A stretch of DNA of 64,000 nucleotides. It comes from Iphione sp. A-MEVVRFRX5. Its lineage: Eukaryota. A program made the translations under genes and the position numbers. The first letter of the stretch is position 1; each line of letters begins with the position of its first letter. The notes below the pieces were generated by a model, which did not search any database, was not told the origin of the DNA, and worked only from the letters and a program-made list of their open reading frames with translations. Below are positions 61,771 through 64,000 of this stretch, piece by piece. Location: positions 124,062,001 through 124,126,000 of the forward strand of contig OZ320313.1 of NCBI GenBank assembly GCA_976226885.1, given 5' to 3'.

Positions 61771-64000
61771 CAATTATATTAACTTAGTTTATAGCTATGG
61801 AGAACGAACGACTCCTAAATATAGTCATGCACACTGTCTTTATTTATTTCCCGTAGAGCCAAACTATTATTGTATCGAATCGATTCGAAGAGCTTCTCGA
61901 ATTAAATAAACAAATAAACTGATAAGAAATATACCATGTGTGTATATGGAAGATAAAGTACGAGGACAGGCCATTACTGGCTACAATGTACAAGGGCCCG
62001 CGAGGTTCGAGCACATTACAGAACCACTAAATATATATACAGTCGGCTCTCATGTTAAAGAGCAGAATCCCCGGGAAATTAGACGTCAACTGTCTATAGA
62101 AAAACACTATGTCAAGTAAAATGTACCAATAAATCACGGAATGCAATTAATCATTTACCGATAGTACTTTATCCAAATACGCAATCGGAGGTAAAATGAA
62201 CTACACATATTCTGTTGAGTTTCCTTTTTTCGGAACTGAATCACGAGGCCATATGCGCACCACCAGTCCACACCCACTGATGACGTCACCTCGTCATGTG
62301 ATTTCATCAGCCAGTTATCCTGGGGACCTATGCTGTTTCGAACCTGTGGCGTGCCAAGTAGTGCCACGCACCCGCACTGCATGGGGACTTGGCTATGCCA
62401 TACCCTGGAGGGAACCTCGATTAGGAGGCAGCGGTCTTGGCGAGGCTGTCATGGAGTAGCACCGGGTCAGGCCGACTCGAACCAACCCAAACTATAACAT
62501 CACAATAAGCACCCCCCACTCTCTGAATGAACACTCTTCAATTCCAAACTATGCAGATATGTGTAGTTCAATTCGAGTGTAATTACCTGGGAAAGGAGAT
62601 CGCATGTAAGGTGCCTGGAAAAATAGGAATGCATTTAGGAGAACGAACAAAAATAAAGACATCGGGAGCACAAAGTGTGGCAACAATAAGTTGTCGAAAC
62701 CGCCGGTATACGGACAGTTTCCTATCTGAAAGGTACATGTACATACATGTATCTGCTTGTGCAGTGTACATGTACACAGTGTACATGTATACATGTAAAA
62801 GGAAATGTCTGGATAATTATGCCATACATGTTTATACAATGCGGAATAGAATTGTTAAACGAGTTGCATTGCACTGCTAGTGACGCAGACCGCCACTTCC
62901 CGGTACTTGCCTTAATGTCTGGTGTTTACTGCCAATCTCTAAGTTAAATCCAGGGTCGGCTTTCAGGTGACCGAACAAGGCCTCGGCGTTCTTATTGTTG
63001 CCGTTCTCGTGCTCGTTACAACTGATTAGACACCCCACCGATCCGCTGCCGTGTAGGTCAGGTCGAATTTGGCGACGACTCGACCACCTTTTCCTGTCTC
63101 TCACCTGCTTTGATTCTGATACCTGCATTACCACACACATCATGCTTTTCATTTGATCAGCACGGTGGACATTGGGCCGGTATTCTATCTGGAAAATGTG
63201 AATATTTCTGTGTGCCAATTGATGATCGTCTAGACGCAGACTCCATGTTGGTGACCAGACAAGGATGTCCGCCCGGGGGTCCCTTGCATTGTATCCTTTA
63301 TCCCGGATCGACTGATTGCTGGGACTGTGCGAGCACAGGTCCTGGTTGGATCTCTGTTAAAATCTCATCGATGTTCCTCCAGTGCCGCATGCATGTGCTT
63401 CATATAGTTGCACATTTTGCCCCTTGGAGTATTGGAGGCGAACGTACCAGGTTAAGCATCCTCGTTCACAACTGCACATTGTATTATGAGCACTAATGTA
63501 GCCGCGGGTAATGAACCTTAAATCTCACTAAAGATGTCGATGGGTTGTCATGCAGGCGAGGTATGCTCCATTCGGTTCCTCGGCTGGTTGCCCACAATCA
63601 GTACTGACCTACCGTATTGTTACTATCAGAGCCTGTCTGGCGTGGTATGCTTCTGTGGACTGGGACTCGGCCGTCCAAGGAGGACGCTATTTGCAATGTG
63701 AATCCTGTGCGAACGGAACGATTCGTTAAAATACGATGCATTTTCGGCAGGACCTTCCGAGCCCCTCCTTTGTACCCCCTCCCAACTGGCATCAATGCCA
63801 CCTCCTCCACGTCCTCCACCGCTGCTGCCGCCGCCACCGCCACCTGCCCAGCCCCTCCTCTTGGTGAAAATGCTAACCCAGTTTAGGAGGAACCCTGGGA
63901 GCGCACCATTACTGGCGATCAGGGGAGGATGCTGCAGAAAGAGGGAGGGGTGATGGATGGTCCTGGCGAATGCCTTTCGGGGTGACCTGACAGTGGCGAC

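Noticed and set aside
62277-62312. CTGATGA...TCATCAG hairpin
   Set aside because: Too short for a pre-miRNA and lacks the hammerhead GAAA; no further support.

Overview
AT-rich, intron-containing invertebrate genomic DNA; it is not prokaryotic. The gene and repeat content suggests a non-arthropod marine invertebrate (inference). Three spliced genes could be built by hand with phase-consistent GT-AG junctions. Two are tandem + strand gustatory-receptor-like (GRL, 7tm_7-type) genes: GRL-A (5683-11420, 11 exons, 502 aa) and GRL-B (18700-24266, 8 exons, 584 aa). The third is a - strand RAF/KSR-family pseudokinase with the features of KSR3 (core 40256-48772, probable first coding exon 56375-56457, about 800 aa). 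The rest is layered mobile DNA: a Crypton tyrosine-recombinase remnant, two tRNA-derived SINEs (one with a Deu/Nin-like core), a split Tigger/pogo transposase, an internally deleted PIF/Harbinger element (transposase plus Myb/SANT remnants) inserted into a CR1/L2-like LINE fragment, several MITE families, and mini- and microsatellites. The most interesting points are the divergent GRL pair, which shares only its last three introns, and the catalytically dead KSR3-like gene, whose candidate alternative 5' exons would supply or omit the first His of the C1 domain. No CRISPR array, rRNA or true tRNA gene was seen. All family assignments come from remembered motifs; no database search was run.
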